A DNA stretch of 33,435 nt from a virus (IMGVR_UViG_3300044878_000177:1-33435), one strand, 5' to 3'; shown: positions 8,523 to 18,087, counted from the first letter of the stretch. Translations and numbers: made by a program. The notes: generated by a model from the letters alone, not told the origin.

Positions 8523-8654
8523 ATGAACCAACATTTAAAATTATTAATAAAAGCAGAAAAAGAGCAATCCTTCGCAAAAGGATTGCTCTTTGGTTTTACA
8601 ATTGCTTTCGTTTTCGTAATAGCAATATTATTTTTTATATTTGATAAACTTTAA
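8523..8654 (+). CDS. 43-aa single-TM protein (not in ORF track)
   Basis: MNQHLKLLIKAEKEQSFAKGLLFGFTIAFVFVIAILFFIFDKL. Confidence 0.45.
   Translation: MNQHLKLLIKAEKEQSFAKGLLFGFTIAFVFVIAILFFIFDKL
8559..8591. terminator. 14-bp perfect hairpin, probable terminator of the early operon
   Basis: AAAGAGCAATCCTT-CGCAA-AAGGATTGCTCTTT. Confidence 0.6.
8636..8643 (+). promoter_or_regulatory. Moron promoter -7 element TATATTTG
   Basis: TAnnTTTG 20 nt upstream of ATG 8664. Confidence 0.6.
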
Positions 8655-8663
8655 ACTACAAAA

Positions 8664-9065
8664 ATGAAAAAAATACTTGGATTATCAATAACGGCACTTT
8701 TATTGTCATGTTCATCGAGTCCTACTTATACTAAAATGGTTGAACTAAGCTATAATTTCAACAGAAATGCAGCTAATTTAATCATGGAATCAGATACTTT
8801 AAAAGGCGATTTTACACAGGTTAGAGATGGTAAAAAGCTATTTGTTAATGACTCTAACGGTCAATTCTTTTTAAAATTATCAAACAACCCTAACAGCATT
8901 GAGTTGATAGATAATGAAGGCAAAGGAAGTAAATTGGAAGAAAATAGAGGTTTCAAAATAACTAATAAAATGGTTGGAGATACATTAGTAATTCAATATT
9001 TTCCAACGGAATCAACACCATCAAGCATTCTAAAATTCGGTACAGAATATAAAATTTATAACTAA
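8664..9065 (+). CDS. Lipoprotein of unknown function
   Basis: MKK + hydrophobic core + LLSC lipobox. Confidence 0.8.
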   Translation: MKKILGLSITALLLSCSSSPTYTKMVELSYNFNRNAANLIMESDTLKGDFTQVRDGKKLFVNDSNGQFFLKLSNNPNSIELIDNEGKGSKLEENRGFKITNKMVGDTLVIQYFPTESTPSSILKFGTEYKIYN

Positions 9066-9652
9066 TGAAAAAAATACTACTCACATTGCTACTTATCCCA
9101 ACGCTTTTAATGGCTCAAAATCGCCCTGATTGGGATTATGACCCAAAACAACCTATTAGCGCTGATTTTCCGCAAAAACTACCATTCTACAATGATTATT
9201 TGCCGCTACAAAACACCTATTACGAGCTAAATATTACATTGAATAATATTAGAAAGTTGGTAACGGATAACTTGAAAATGAACCCAAAACAAACCGCTCC
9301 AAGTGGACCAGGGTTTCAATATGAAATTTACACCAATCCAACGCACAGAGAACCCTTAAAAGTGAAATACAATACGTTTGCGGTTTATGGTTTAGAGGTT
9401 GTGAAATCAATTGAAATAAACGGCGATTTTATGGATGTGGCAAACCTTTTTGTTTATATGTACGATACCAATTTTTCAGTAAACGAAACGCCTATAAACA
9501 AAGCTACAAAACACTACAAACAAGATTATGCTGTGTTTACAGTTGACAAAGAAGGAAAAGCTTCAGTTGTGATATCAAATACCCAGTATGAAGGCAATGT
9601 AGCCGAATTTACAAAGGATTTTAATAAAGCAAAAGAAGCTTTTAAAAGTTAG
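9065..9652 (+). CDS. Exported protein of unknown function
   Basis: Sec signal MKKILLTLLLIPTLLMA/Q. Confidence 0.8.
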   Translation: MKKILLTLLLIPTLLMAQNRPDWDYDPKQPISADFPQKLPFYNDYLPLQNTYYELNITLNNIRKLVTDNLKMNPKQTAPSGPGFQYEIYTNPTHREPLKVKYNTFAVYGLEVVKSIEINGDFMDVANLFVYMYDTNFSVNETPINKATKHYKQDYAVFTVDKEGKASVVISNTQYEGNVAEFTKDFNKAKEAFKS

Positions 9653-9655
9653 ATT

Positions 9656-9913
9656 ATGAGTAAAAAAGATAGTCTAGATACGTTCTATCAAGCAATAGAA
9701 CTAGTTGAAAAAATAGTTTGTCAAAAAGCATTTGATGCAGCTTTGGCTTACGAAAAAAACTGTAGAGCTAAATATGATAGATGGAATCAAACTTCTTTGC
9801 CTATTCCAAAAGGAGAACAAATGATAGATTTTGCTATGAAATATGGCACAACGGTTAAAGAAATGAAAAACTGTGAATTTCAAGTAGAACAAATACTAGG
9901 AATAGATATCTAA
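9656..9913 (+). CDS. Hypothetical protein
   Basis: Follows the exported protein; stop overlaps the convergent gene. Confidence 0.6.
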   Translation: MSKKDSLDTFYQAIELVEKIVCQKAFDAALAYEKNCRAKYDRWNQTSLPIPKGEQMIDFAMKYGTTVKEMKNCEFQVEQILGIDI

Positions 9914-10425
9914 TCAAACTCAATTTTTAGATTTCCTTTTAAATCTACCGTATCATATTCGCCCGCTTGGTATTTATCAAGCGGGTTTTTTCTGCCCTTA
10001 AATGAGCATTCGTAAGTCAGTAAATAAATATCTACAATCGAATCCATTTTATTGAAACCTTCAGTAACGATCTCTAACTTCCCAGTTGTTTCACTCTCGA
10101 TGGTTCTAGCCACCTCGTCGATGGTTGCCACGTAGTCCAAGAACTTCAAACCAAGGTCACGATTAAGTGAAATATTGGAAGTATCTCGTAATTGCTCATA
10201 GCAACAATAGAATGTTATAGTTGCCGTTGGCACATCGGTTTGGTAGTCCACATCCCAATCAACCAATAGGGCTGGCTGCGAGAAAAGTTCAAAGTTTTCT
10301 TCAAACTGTTCTTGTCCAGCATAAATATCAATGTACTGTACAGGACTTATATTTTGGCTTGTAAACTTTTCTTTATTTTCGAGCTTCTCAAAAGCTTCAA
10401 TTACTTTTTTATAGAATGTTTTCAT
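9910..10425 (-). CDS. Probable tail terminator/completion protein (Mu gp37-like)
   Basis: YIDIYAGQ...PALLVDW pattern; position after the neck gene. Confidence 0.55.
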   Translation of the reverse strand: MKTFYKKVIEAFEKLENKEKFTSQNISPVQYIDIYAGQEQFEENFELFSQPALLVDWDVDYQTDVPTATITFYCCYEQLRDTSNISLNRDLGLKFLDYVATIDEVARTIESETTGKLEIVTEGFNKMDSIVDIYLLTYECSFKGRKNPLDKYQAGEYDTVDLKGNLKIEFD

Positions 10426-10444
10426 AGCTTAAACAAGGTTTAAA

Positions 10445-10954
10445 TTATTTTAAAATGTCGTTTATTTCTCTTTGTACCAATCGCTCTATTCTACGCAGTA
10501 ATAATGCCGATTCTCCAATGAATCGCCTTTCTGGAAGCGTTATTTTGCGTTTTCGGCGGTGTGCTTTTACCGTTTCAGTACGTCCTTTTCGCTTTCTGCT
10601 GTGTTTTTTTACAGTAATGGATTGATTGATTACTGCACCTTCATTGTGCGCTTCGGCATACGGAACATCAGTACCAATGGTTACGCTATTGCGGGTTACT
10701 TTTATTTTTCTAATTGAACGTTTCAAACGCCCGGACTTTACCATCAATGAACCTCGACTTGCAGCTTTCTTTTGTTCTTCACTATGCCATTCGGGCGATG
10801 GTTTGCGTTTTTTCCAAGCTGTTACGCTTTTATCAACCCAATTTTTACGCACAAAACGCTCCTTACTGAAATTGACTGCTTCAATAGCAGCCATTTCAGG
10901 AAACTTTCGGTATAACTTCGAAAGGCGATTAAGTTTGTTTACAAATTCTATCAT
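10445..10954 (-). CDS. Virion morphogenesis (Mu gpG-like neck) protein
   Basis: SGRLKRSI, IGTDVPYAEAHNEG, LPERRFIG. Confidence 0.88.
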   Translation of the reverse strand: MIEFVNKLNRLSKLYRKFPEMAAIEAVNFSKERFVRKNWVDKSVTAWKKRKPSPEWHSEEQKKAASRGSLMVKSGRLKRSIRKIKVTRNSVTIGTDVPYAEAHNEGAVINQSITVKKHSRKRKGRTETVKAHRRKRKITLPERRFIGESALLLRRIERLVQREINDILK

Positions 10955-12699
10955 GCGGTTTCGGCATTAATTACAGTACGTCTTAGCATTTCTTTAAACC
11001 ATGCTTCGACATCTTCCTTCGTCATTCCTCCATACGCACTTTGAGCCACATTGATACCGCCTTTATTAAACGCATCAATATGAATGTCTATTTTGCGTAT
11101 TTGATTTGCTTCGCCAGCCACACGACTCACATTTTCGCCTTGTTTTTTCTTTTTAGGGTCTGTAGGTGTTAGTTTACCATCAATAACAGGGGCTTTTAGT
11201 AACGGGCTTTTAGGAGCGTTATCTGTTGGCGATTTTGGGGCTAGTTTTGGGTCTTTTTCTCCTGGCGTAATCAAATTGTTTGCTTCTCTAAACTGTTTGA
11301 TTTTATCCAGTCCTTTTTGAGCCAATCCTGTAGGGTCAATTTTAGCGGCTAACTCCAGTATTTGTTGTAATGGTTTGAGTAAAGCATCAAGCAAAACAAT
11401 TCCTATTCTTTTTAAACCACCTATAATACCATCAGTTTGAAATGCCAATTTAATGCTTTCCCAATGGTCATAAAGCGATTTAAAGGCGCTAACAACTAAA
11501 CCTATTGGTCCTAAAAACAGCATTAGCGATGCACCCCACTCATCCCATTTTGCAATTGCAAGAACAATAATTCCAATTAAGGCGACAATTGCTATAACTA
11601 TTAGTCCAATTGGATTCATACTCATTGCTATATTCCACAACCATTGAGCGCCTTCTACAAGTTTTAGTGATTTGGCTATCTTGCCTAGCATTGGAAATAA
11701 CTCAGTTCCTAAACTGACAATTCCCGATATGGCCATTCCGCCCATACCTAACGCCTGTATTAAAGGCATCCAACCGCCTACGCTTTCTGCAATGGAGGTT
11801 TGTATTCCTGCTACCCAACTTTTAAAACCAGCATCCGCTGATTTAAAGGATTTGAGTTTGTTCGGATCTAGTTCCATTGTACCAAGCCCTAGAATGAAGC
11901 TCATACCTGCATCCTCACCCGCACCTTTAAAGATATCGGTCAATGCAAGTTGTTTGGCTTGAGCAGTTGCTCCTTCCATTGATTTTGAAATCAATTGTAC
12001 GGCTTCAAAAGAGGTTTTGCCTACTAAATCTTTCACACCTAATCCAATACCTTTTAAGGCTGCGAGTTGATTGGGCCCCATTTCTTTTAAACTCAAATTC
12101 GCCTCTTTAATGGAGTCAATTGCCTTATCTGAAAAGATACCTTGTTTACTCGCATTGGTCATAATGGCAAGCATTTGAGCGGAATCAATACCCAGTTCAC
12201 GTACTTGTGGCCCATATTCTTTGAACTGGTCAAGCATATCGCCGTTTAGGTTTGCTCCTTTTTCGTAACCCGCCTGCAATAATGCCAAATTGCTTTCAAA
12301 ACTACCACCAATTTGTTCCGTCATTGCATTGGCTGCTTTGGCAATTTCGATGCTGTCTTCGTTGAAAATCTTGCTTATTTTGTGAATTTTGGCACTCATT
12401 TCGTCCACATTAGAAACATCCATTTGCTGTAAAGCAGTTTGTGTATTGCTAATGTCATTTGTAAAGTCCAATTGTTCGGATACACTATTGAACAAATCCG
12501 TCATTTGATTGATTTTAACGGGGTCAAAGGATTCTCCAATATTAGAAAACACTTTGATTTGTTTCATATTGAAGCTTTGCAGTTTTCCTTCCATCTTATC
12601 CGTAGCAGCCGATAGTTTCGCCTGTACTTGAGATAATTTGTTGTTAAACATTTTATCTCCAAGCTCCATTATTAACTCTAATTTTGATTTTTTGGCCAT
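10951..12699 (-). CDS. Tail tape measure protein
   Basis: Helical, Ala-rich; DMLDQFKEYGPQ...DKAIDSIKE core; QWLWNIAMSMNPIGLIVIAI TM motif. Confidence 0.88.
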   Translation of the reverse strand: MAKKSKLELIMELGDKMFNNKLSQVQAKLSAATDKMEGKLQSFNMKQIKVFSNIGESFDPVKINQMTDLFNSVSEQLDFTNDISNTQTALQQMDVSNVDEMSAKIHKISKIFNEDSIEIAKAANAMTEQIGGSFESNLALLQAGYEKGANLNGDMLDQFKEYGPQVRELGIDSAQMLAIMTNASKQGIFSDKAIDSIKEANLSLKEMGPNQLAALKGIGLGVKDLVGKTSFEAVQLISKSMEGATAQAKQLALTDIFKGAGEDAGMSFILGLGTMELDPNKLKSFKSADAGFKSWVAGIQTSIAESVGGWMPLIQALGMGGMAISGIVSLGTELFPMLGKIAKSLKLVEGAQWLWNIAMSMNPIGLIVIAIVALIGIIVLAIAKWDEWGASLMLFLGPIGLVVSAFKSLYDHWESIKLAFQTDGIIGGLKRIGIVLLDALLKPLQQILELAAKIDPTGLAQKGLDKIKQFREANNLITPGEKDPKLAPKSPTDNAPKSPLLKAPVIDGKLTPTDPKKKKQGENVSRVAGEANQIRKIDIHIDAFNKGGINVAQSAYGGMTKEDVEAWFKEMLRRTVINAETA

Positions 12700-12713
12700 A
12701 TTGTTATTTTTTA

Positions 12714-12721
12714 TATCTTTG
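12714..12721 (+). promoter_or_regulatory. Antisense -7 element TATCTTTG
   Basis: TAnnTTTG pointing against the minus-strand operon, between TMP and MuF. Confidence 0.6.
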
Positions 12722-12726
12722 TATCA

Positions 12727-12820
12727 ACAAGTAAAACAATGCCTCTAACATTAGCGCTCACTGAGATAAGGAATACAAAGCGTGAAGGGTTCATTTAATT
12801 GAAGGTGTTATTTTGCCGTT
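12727..12820 (+). ncRNA. Putative structured small RNA, antisense to the MuF 3' end / TMP leader
   Basis: Closing stem 12731-12744/12803-12816 with 3 G-U pairs that form only on the + strand; promoter immediately upstream. Confidence 0.5.
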
Positions 12821-14148
12821 TTCCTTAAGAGAAGACCTTTACGTAAGTTTAGGTCTTCTTTTTTTGCTTCATACCACGTTTTTACTTCCAGTCCTTTTGC
12901 GGTCATTTCGCAATCAATTACTAAAATTTTATCGTTGTAAAACTTCAAGTACCTGGACTGAAATTTTCCTTCTAATTTATCCGGGTTATTATACCAAACT
13001 TCGTCAGGACTATTCAATATTTCTTTAATGTGCGGGAATAACTGATGTCTGTTTTCAATTGGTTTTACATACTTTCCTTTGGTGTGAAAATCGAAGTTCT
13101 TTTCAGTTAATACCATCTTACGGTCGTAGTAATCTTTGAAGCCCATAAAAGTCCCTGCTTTGTCTTTTTTAAACAATTCTTTCACATTGTCTGCAGTAAT
13201 GCTTTCGTCAATTGAAATAGGGTTTAAATCGGATTTAAACGATTCCCATTTTTTTAAATCATACTTGTCTAAAGTCATATCGTTTAACTTTTTTGGCAAT
13301 CCTTTGATGTCGCTGTAAAACTGCGATTTGGTAAACACTTCTTTCAAGTCCCCTCGATTGATATTGAACTGGCTTTTTGACCAATTCGCATTTTCGGAGT
13401 TAAGCATTTCTTGAGCTACTTTACCGCTCATTACTTCGCCATCCTTTGGTGTTCGGTTGTATTGTGTAAACTCACAACGACAGCCGTGACCGTTTGGCGG
13501 GAATAACTTCATAGCTTCACGATCACTCAAATTGAATATTTTTCCGTCTAACTTACGGTGTTCGTCTCTTACTTTAGAGTCTCCTGCAGATTGATACTGA
13601 ACAAAAGACGTTACCGTGTCCTTTTCGGATAAAAAGCGGTGATACGCTGCCGAATTTTGACCTACTGCAATCGAAAGATTATATTCCGTAGTTAGATAGT
13701 TTTGGTTTAAATTAGCTGTTCGTTCATTGGCTAGTTTCTTAAAATCAGCTTCTGATCGGATTTCGTTTTTCTCCTGGTCTATTAGCAAGTCAGTCATTGC
13801 TGCCAAACGTGCCTCCGTCTTTGATGCAGAAAATTCAAAAAGGTTGTATTCCATAAGTTGATACGCTAAACTATCGGGAGTATTAAAGCCTGAAATAGTA
13901 CCATAACCCGACTTTAAACCGCCTACTAATTCCAAAGCTTCAGCAACAATTAATTGTCCTTCTGTTCCTATGGTTTTCTTTTTATTCCATATTTGACCAA
14001 TCAATTGATTGGTTAAATCATCTAGTATTTTTGAACTGGATGATGCTGTAGGCGCGCTAGAACCACAGCATTTATGATAAGTAATCTTTTTTCCAAGGTT
14101 GAGTGGTTGGATGATTATCTTTTTGCTCGGGATTTTGAATTGCTTCAT
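12808..14148 (-). CDS. MuF minor head protein with C-terminal PBECR2-like nuclease-fold domain
   Basis: MuF motifs YLTTEYN, GDSKVRDEH..LDG, FPPNGHGCRC; C-terminal HIKEILNSPDEVW...RYLKFY...TWY...RKGLLL. Confidence 0.85.
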   Translation of the reverse strand: MKQFKIPSKKIIIQPLNLGKKITYHKCCGSSAPTASSSSKILDDLTNQLIGQIWNKKKTIGTEGQLIVAEALELVGGLKSGYGTISGFNTPDSLAYQLMEYNLFEFSASKTEARLAAMTDLLIDQEKNEIRSEADFKKLANERTANLNQNYLTTEYNLSIAVGQNSAAYHRFLSEKDTVTSFVQYQSAGDSKVRDEHRKLDGKIFNLSDREAMKLFPPNGHGCRCEFTQYNRTPKDGEVMSGKVAQEMLNSENANWSKSQFNINRGDLKEVFTKSQFYSDIKGLPKKLNDMTLDKYDLKKWESFKSDLNPISIDESITADNVKELFKKDKAGTFMGFKDYYDRKMVLTEKNFDFHTKGKYVKPIENRHQLFPHIKEILNSPDEVWYNNPDKLEGKFQSRYLKFYNDKILVIDCEMTAKGLEVKTWYEAKKEDLNLRKGLLLRKTAK

Positions 14149-15433
14149 TTTTTATAAGTTTTAAAATAGCCTCCATTATCGGTGCTGATACTACATTTTG
14201 GTTATTTGATTGAGTTTGTTTTTTGCCAGTTATTGGCACGTTGAAAGTTTTAGAAAGCCACTCTTCGTCTACGTCAAATTCTTCCATAATGCCTTTTACG
14301 ATTTCCCAAAACTTAGTTAGATCTATTTCTTCTTTCGATTCTATCCATTCAAAAACATCATCATCAGAAATGTAGCTATAGCCTTGAGTTTGTAACAAAG
14401 GCAATAATTCATCATTGATATTAAAACCTATATTTTTTCTATCTGATTGGCTAATTTTGAAATCTAAAGAGCGTTCGTGAACTTCGGTATTAGATCGATT
14501 GGCTTCATTGCTTCCTATCGTATTAGAACCCACTAACACACCTGAAATTTCAGTAGTATTGTATTCAATAAATTTTGAATACACATTGTAGGCATCTGTT
14601 CTATTAGCTTCGTCGAACTTGATAGTAGTTCCTTCAGGGAAAACACCTACTGAAGCTTCAGCCAATGCCAATAATTGCTTTTCGACATTATCGATGTGTG
14701 TAGAATTGCTATTATTGGTAGTTGCTGAAATCATCGGCATTCCAAACTTTTCGCAAAACTCAGCCCATGACTGTGCTACATTTCGTTTCCAAATTAAGTT
14801 TGGAATAATATTATTAATAAGTCCTAAAGGGTCGTCTTGATTAAGTTCAATTATCCACGGCTTATTTTGATCAGAATCATATTCTATAAAAATTTTATCT
14901 TTTGATAAATCAGGATAAATTCTTTTTTGACTAGGTACTAAGTTTCTTGAAGGTAGAACAGAAAATTTAATTTTCTTATCGTTAAACTCTGAAAACTCAA
15001 TTAATTTAGTTCCAAAAAGAATAGCATCTAATTCAAGATTTAAATAGCGATAAAACCATTTTTGATTAAGTAATTTGGTTGCTTCTTCGTTTATATCACC
15101 TGTTTTTTCATTTCTTATTTGAAATCCAACACTTAAAGTTGCAGTCTTTCTAAGGATAACATTTTTTAAAAGTGTTCCGTCCGTTTTCAAATCATCAACT
15201 AAATCAAAAAAGCGATTGTACCGTGGTGTTTCAATATGTTCAATAGCGGTTAGTGCCAAACGCCAGGATTGAATTTCTTTTCTAGAGCGGTCTTTGTATG
15301 ATTTGGCAATTTGCATAATGATGGCATCAGCATTTCGTTTGCCTGATTTCAAAGGCAAAGTATCTGTTTTCGCTATAGGCGAAAAACCGCCCTTATTTCG
15401 ATTGTTTAATATTCTGTTTGTATTCTTTCTCAT
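14072..15433 (-). CDS. Portal protein (DUF935 / Mu gp29-like)
   Basis: WAEFCEKFGMP motif; size; position. Confidence 0.9.
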   Translation of the reverse strand: MRKNTNRILNNRNKGGFSPIAKTDTLPLKSGKRNADAIIMQIAKSYKDRSRKEIQSWRLALTAIEHIETPRYNRFFDLVDDLKTDGTLLKNVILRKTATLSVGFQIRNEKTGDINEEATKLLNQKWFYRYLNLELDAILFGTKLIEFSEFNDKKIKFSVLPSRNLVPSQKRIYPDLSKDKIFIEYDSDQNKPWIIELNQDDPLGLINNIIPNLIWKRNVAQSWAEFCEKFGMPMISATTNNSNSTHIDNVEKQLLALAEASVGVFPEGTTIKFDEANRTDAYNVYSKFIEYNTTEISGVLVGSNTIGSNEANRSNTEVHERSLDFKISQSDRKNIGFNINDELLPLLQTQGYSYISDDDVFEWIESKEEIDLTKFWEIVKGIMEEFDVDEEWLSKTFNVPITGKKQTQSNNQNVVSAPIMEAILKLIKNEAIQNPEQKDNHPTTQPWKKDYLS

Positions 15434-15488
15434 AAAATGTAAAATTGTGCATTAGGATTGAGTTTAAACGTGTTTTAAATCGCAAACA

Positions 15489-15956
15489 CTACCATTTGTT
15501 ATTCGTAAAAGTATTCTTGCTGCTTAATCTGAAAGAGTCTTTCACTTCACCGGTGCTTTCATTTTTAATCATCGGAAGGTCTGCGTTGCCGTTTCCTTCA
15601 ACCATTAGCTTGAGCCATTCCAATGCATCTTGATATCGGTTGGAACGGTGTTCAGGTATCTTATTTGGCGCAATCGAACAATACAAATGATACAAAGCGC
15701 AATCAATTACAATCATTACAACAAATGCATTTCTTGTGTCAATTTGTTCGCCCGGATTGTCTCCCGTTGCTGGTTCTGACATTGGCGTGAAAATGGTGGC
15801 TACATCATAACGCCCGGCTAAATAGTTTTTGATTTGTGCAATCGCCATTTGTTCGGCACTCAATAGCTTGATTTCGGTGTAGTTTTCTAGTAATATGTTT
15901 TTGATTTCATTTCGAATCAAAACAGCGTAATCGGTATCTTTTATAAATCGGCTCAT
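15489..15956 (-). CDS. DUF1320 / Mu gp36-like head-tail adaptor
   Basis: IKNYLAGRYD, DCALYHLY, RYQDALEWL. Confidence 0.88.
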   Translation of the reverse strand: MSRFIKDTDYAVLIRNEIKNILLENYTEIKLLSAEQMAIAQIKNYLAGRYDVATIFTPMSEPATGDNPGEQIDTRNAFVVMIVIDCALYHLYCSIAPNKIPEHRSNRYQDALEWLKLMVEGNGNADLPMIKNESTGEVKDSFRLSSKNTFTNNKW

Positions 15957-17530
15957 TAGAATCTGTTTTTGTTGTTTTTTATTATTTCTTTACGAGATGT
16001 GGCTTTAGGCTCAAATTTGGTTACGAATGTGATTTGATTTACTTCTACTATTGCAGATTGTAACGCATCGGGACCATCATCATTTGCGCCGCTTCCTTTT
16101 TCGAAAGCATATAGCTGTTCAAGCAACATATCAAAGTCAATCGATTCTTTACATTCATCATTAAACCAAATGTTAGCACGTTCAAAATAGCCCATCATGC
16201 TTTCAATACGGTCGAACTTACCGTCCTTACTTTTCTTGTCTGCTACAACTGGAATATACCATCCACGTTCATCGCCTTCAATATCAAAATCATTCACAAA
16301 TTCATCTTGAGCAAACAAGCCCTCAATCCGATAACGGCAATTGTATTTTAAGAAATCATTTTGTTGTACAAAATCATACAACCATTTAGCAACATTCATT
16401 CTTGATGTTTTTCGAACGTAAGCGGCTAAAACGTGAAATTCACGCCCGATTTTACCCACTAGAATCATTGCCTTATAATCTCCTGCATCCTTATAACTTA
16501 AATCGCCATAGAAACACATTCCTTCATATTTGCTCCATTCTAACCTAGTTTTCCATTGGATTTGTTCGGGTTTAAACATTTCGCCATCTTGTATGTGTAC
16601 GTGCATGTATTCACGCATAAAGGAACGATAAGGCGTTTCTTCATATTTATCCCTCCAATATTGGGCGTTTGTTTTTTCTGGCCATGTAGGTTCGAAGGTG
16701 TGCAAATCTTTGACGGCTTTGGCGGTAATGATAAAGTGCTTTATTTTCCGTTTTGCCTTTAATGCCTTTTCATTGATTTTTTCAAACTCTTTTTTCAATA
16801 AATTGATAATACAGTTTTTGTGAAAGTTGTTATTAGCAACAATGAAGCGTTGTCTCAATCCTCCTTCGTCAAAACAACCTCTTAAATCCTCCCAAGCCCA
16901 TTCGTAAGCTTCACGGGATAGTTTATCATTCTTTACTCTTTTTCGAGTATCTGCATCATCCATTAAGATATAATCAGGCCGATTTTCCTCTTCACTTTCT
17001 CCACGAGGTGACTGGCCGATACTCATCGCTTTGAATTTTACACCATCGGTCGTGGTAAAATCACCGTTTGTCCAATCTCCATAATTAAAGCGTTTGCCGT
17101 AATCATTTATTAATCGGGTATTCGATTTTAATTGTGCCTGTATTTTACCAATCAATTTTTTTGCTTTTGGGTCGGTTTGACCAATCAAAAGCATATAAAA
17201 CAAATCTTTTGTGAAGTATAAAAACAAAGGAATCCCCATACCTAAATGCACACTTTTTGCACCTGATCTGTAAATCTCTCCAAGTACACTACATATTTTA
17301 TTATTAATAATTACGTCAGCTAGTTCTACATGATAAGGCGCACACGGACTTTTTGCATAGTTAGGAAAGTAATACTCAAACCATTTTATATAATCATTTT
17401 CAAGTCTTTTGATACGGTTGAGTTTATCAATAGGCTTTTCATTGATATCAATTGTTGTAGCTTTCTTAATTCTAACACAATGTGCATCATACTCCTTTAT
17501 CAGTTTTTCCCATTTTGGACTCATTGCCAT
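15956..17530 (-). CDS. Terminase large subunit
   Basis: RSGAKS, RPDYILMDD, nuclease YGDLS and NDDGPDA. Confidence 0.92.
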   Translation of the reverse strand: MAMSPKWEKLIKEYDAHCVRIKKATTIDINEKPIDKLNRIKRLENDYIKWFEYYFPNYAKSPCAPYHVELADVIINNKICSVLGEIYRSGAKSVHLGMGIPLFLYFTKDLFYMLLIGQTDPKAKKLIGKIQAQLKSNTRLINDYGKRFNYGDWTNGDFTTTDGVKFKAMSIGQSPRGESEEENRPDYILMDDADTRKRVKNDKLSREAYEWAWEDLRGCFDEGGLRQRFIVANNNFHKNCIINLLKKEFEKINEKALKAKRKIKHFIITAKAVKDLHTFEPTWPEKTNAQYWRDKYEETPYRSFMREYMHVHIQDGEMFKPEQIQWKTRLEWSKYEGMCFYGDLSYKDAGDYKAMILVGKIGREFHVLAAYVRKTSRMNVAKWLYDFVQQNDFLKYNCRYRIEGLFAQDEFVNDFDIEGDERGWYIPVVADKKSKDGKFDRIESMMGYFERANIWFNDECKESIDFDMLLEQLYAFEKGSGANDDGPDALQSAIVEVNQITFVTKFEPKATSRKEIIKNNKNRF

Positions 17531-17961
17531 TAGCCTTCCTGATTAATTTTAAACAAAATGAACTGTTTGTGATATTCCGTAAATAGCACGGCTGTTTTTG
17601 GATCCTGGTCAGCCATCCAGTTATCAAATTCTTTGAATACTGAAAAGACAATTTGTGTACTTGTGCTACTTGACAGTGTTTCGATTACCTTATTAATCTT
17701 AGCGAGTGCATCAGCATCAATAAGCGAGACTCCTCCAGTAGCAACTGTTTTTAATTCTTTGATTAGAATCTCACGAATCTTGTGCGGTGATGCTAACATT
17801 TCGGCACGCTTGTCTTCCCAACGTCCATCTTTTCTCCATTTTGACAATGTTTGTTCGGATACGTCCAGTTGTTCGGAAATAGCTTTTGCCGTCATTCCGT
17901 CTTCTACAAACATCCTTTCAGCCATTACTTTTTTTGCCTGATTTGTGAGCAAATTTGACAT
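17530..17961 (-). CDS. Terminase small subunit-like HTH protein (DUF1804 / Mu gp27-like)
   Basis: TAKAISEQLDVSEQTLSKWRKDGRW; likely ATG at 17961. Confidence 0.82.
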   Translation of the reverse strand: MSNLLTNQAKKVMAERMFVEDGMTAKAISEQLDVSEQTLSKWRKDGRWEDKRAEMLASPHKIREILIKELKTVATGGVSLIDADALAKINKVIETLSSSTSTQIVFSVFKEFDNWMADQDPKTAVLFTEYHKQFILFKINQEG

Positions 17962-17982
17962 ATTTTTATAGTGATTTAAATG

Positions 17983-18071
17983 CAAAAATCCTTATAAATC
18001 AAGGTGTAAACTAAAATTGTTGCAACCCTTGCGAACAATTTTTTATACCTTCTTTTATCCTCACATCTTTG
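17983..18071. promoter_or_regulatory. Symmetric divergent late promoter with central dyad
   Basis: Degenerate -7 boxes GATTTTTG (-, 17983-90) and CATCTTTG (+, 18064-71) are equidistant from dyad AAAATTGTTGCAA-CCC-TTGCGAACAATTTT centred at 18027. Confidence 0.65.
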
Positions 18072-18087
18072 CTGAAAAGTTTTAGAA

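Noticed and set aside
15500-17500. Central strong gyrase site as in Mu
   Set aside because: No recognisable sequence feature; the region is fully coding
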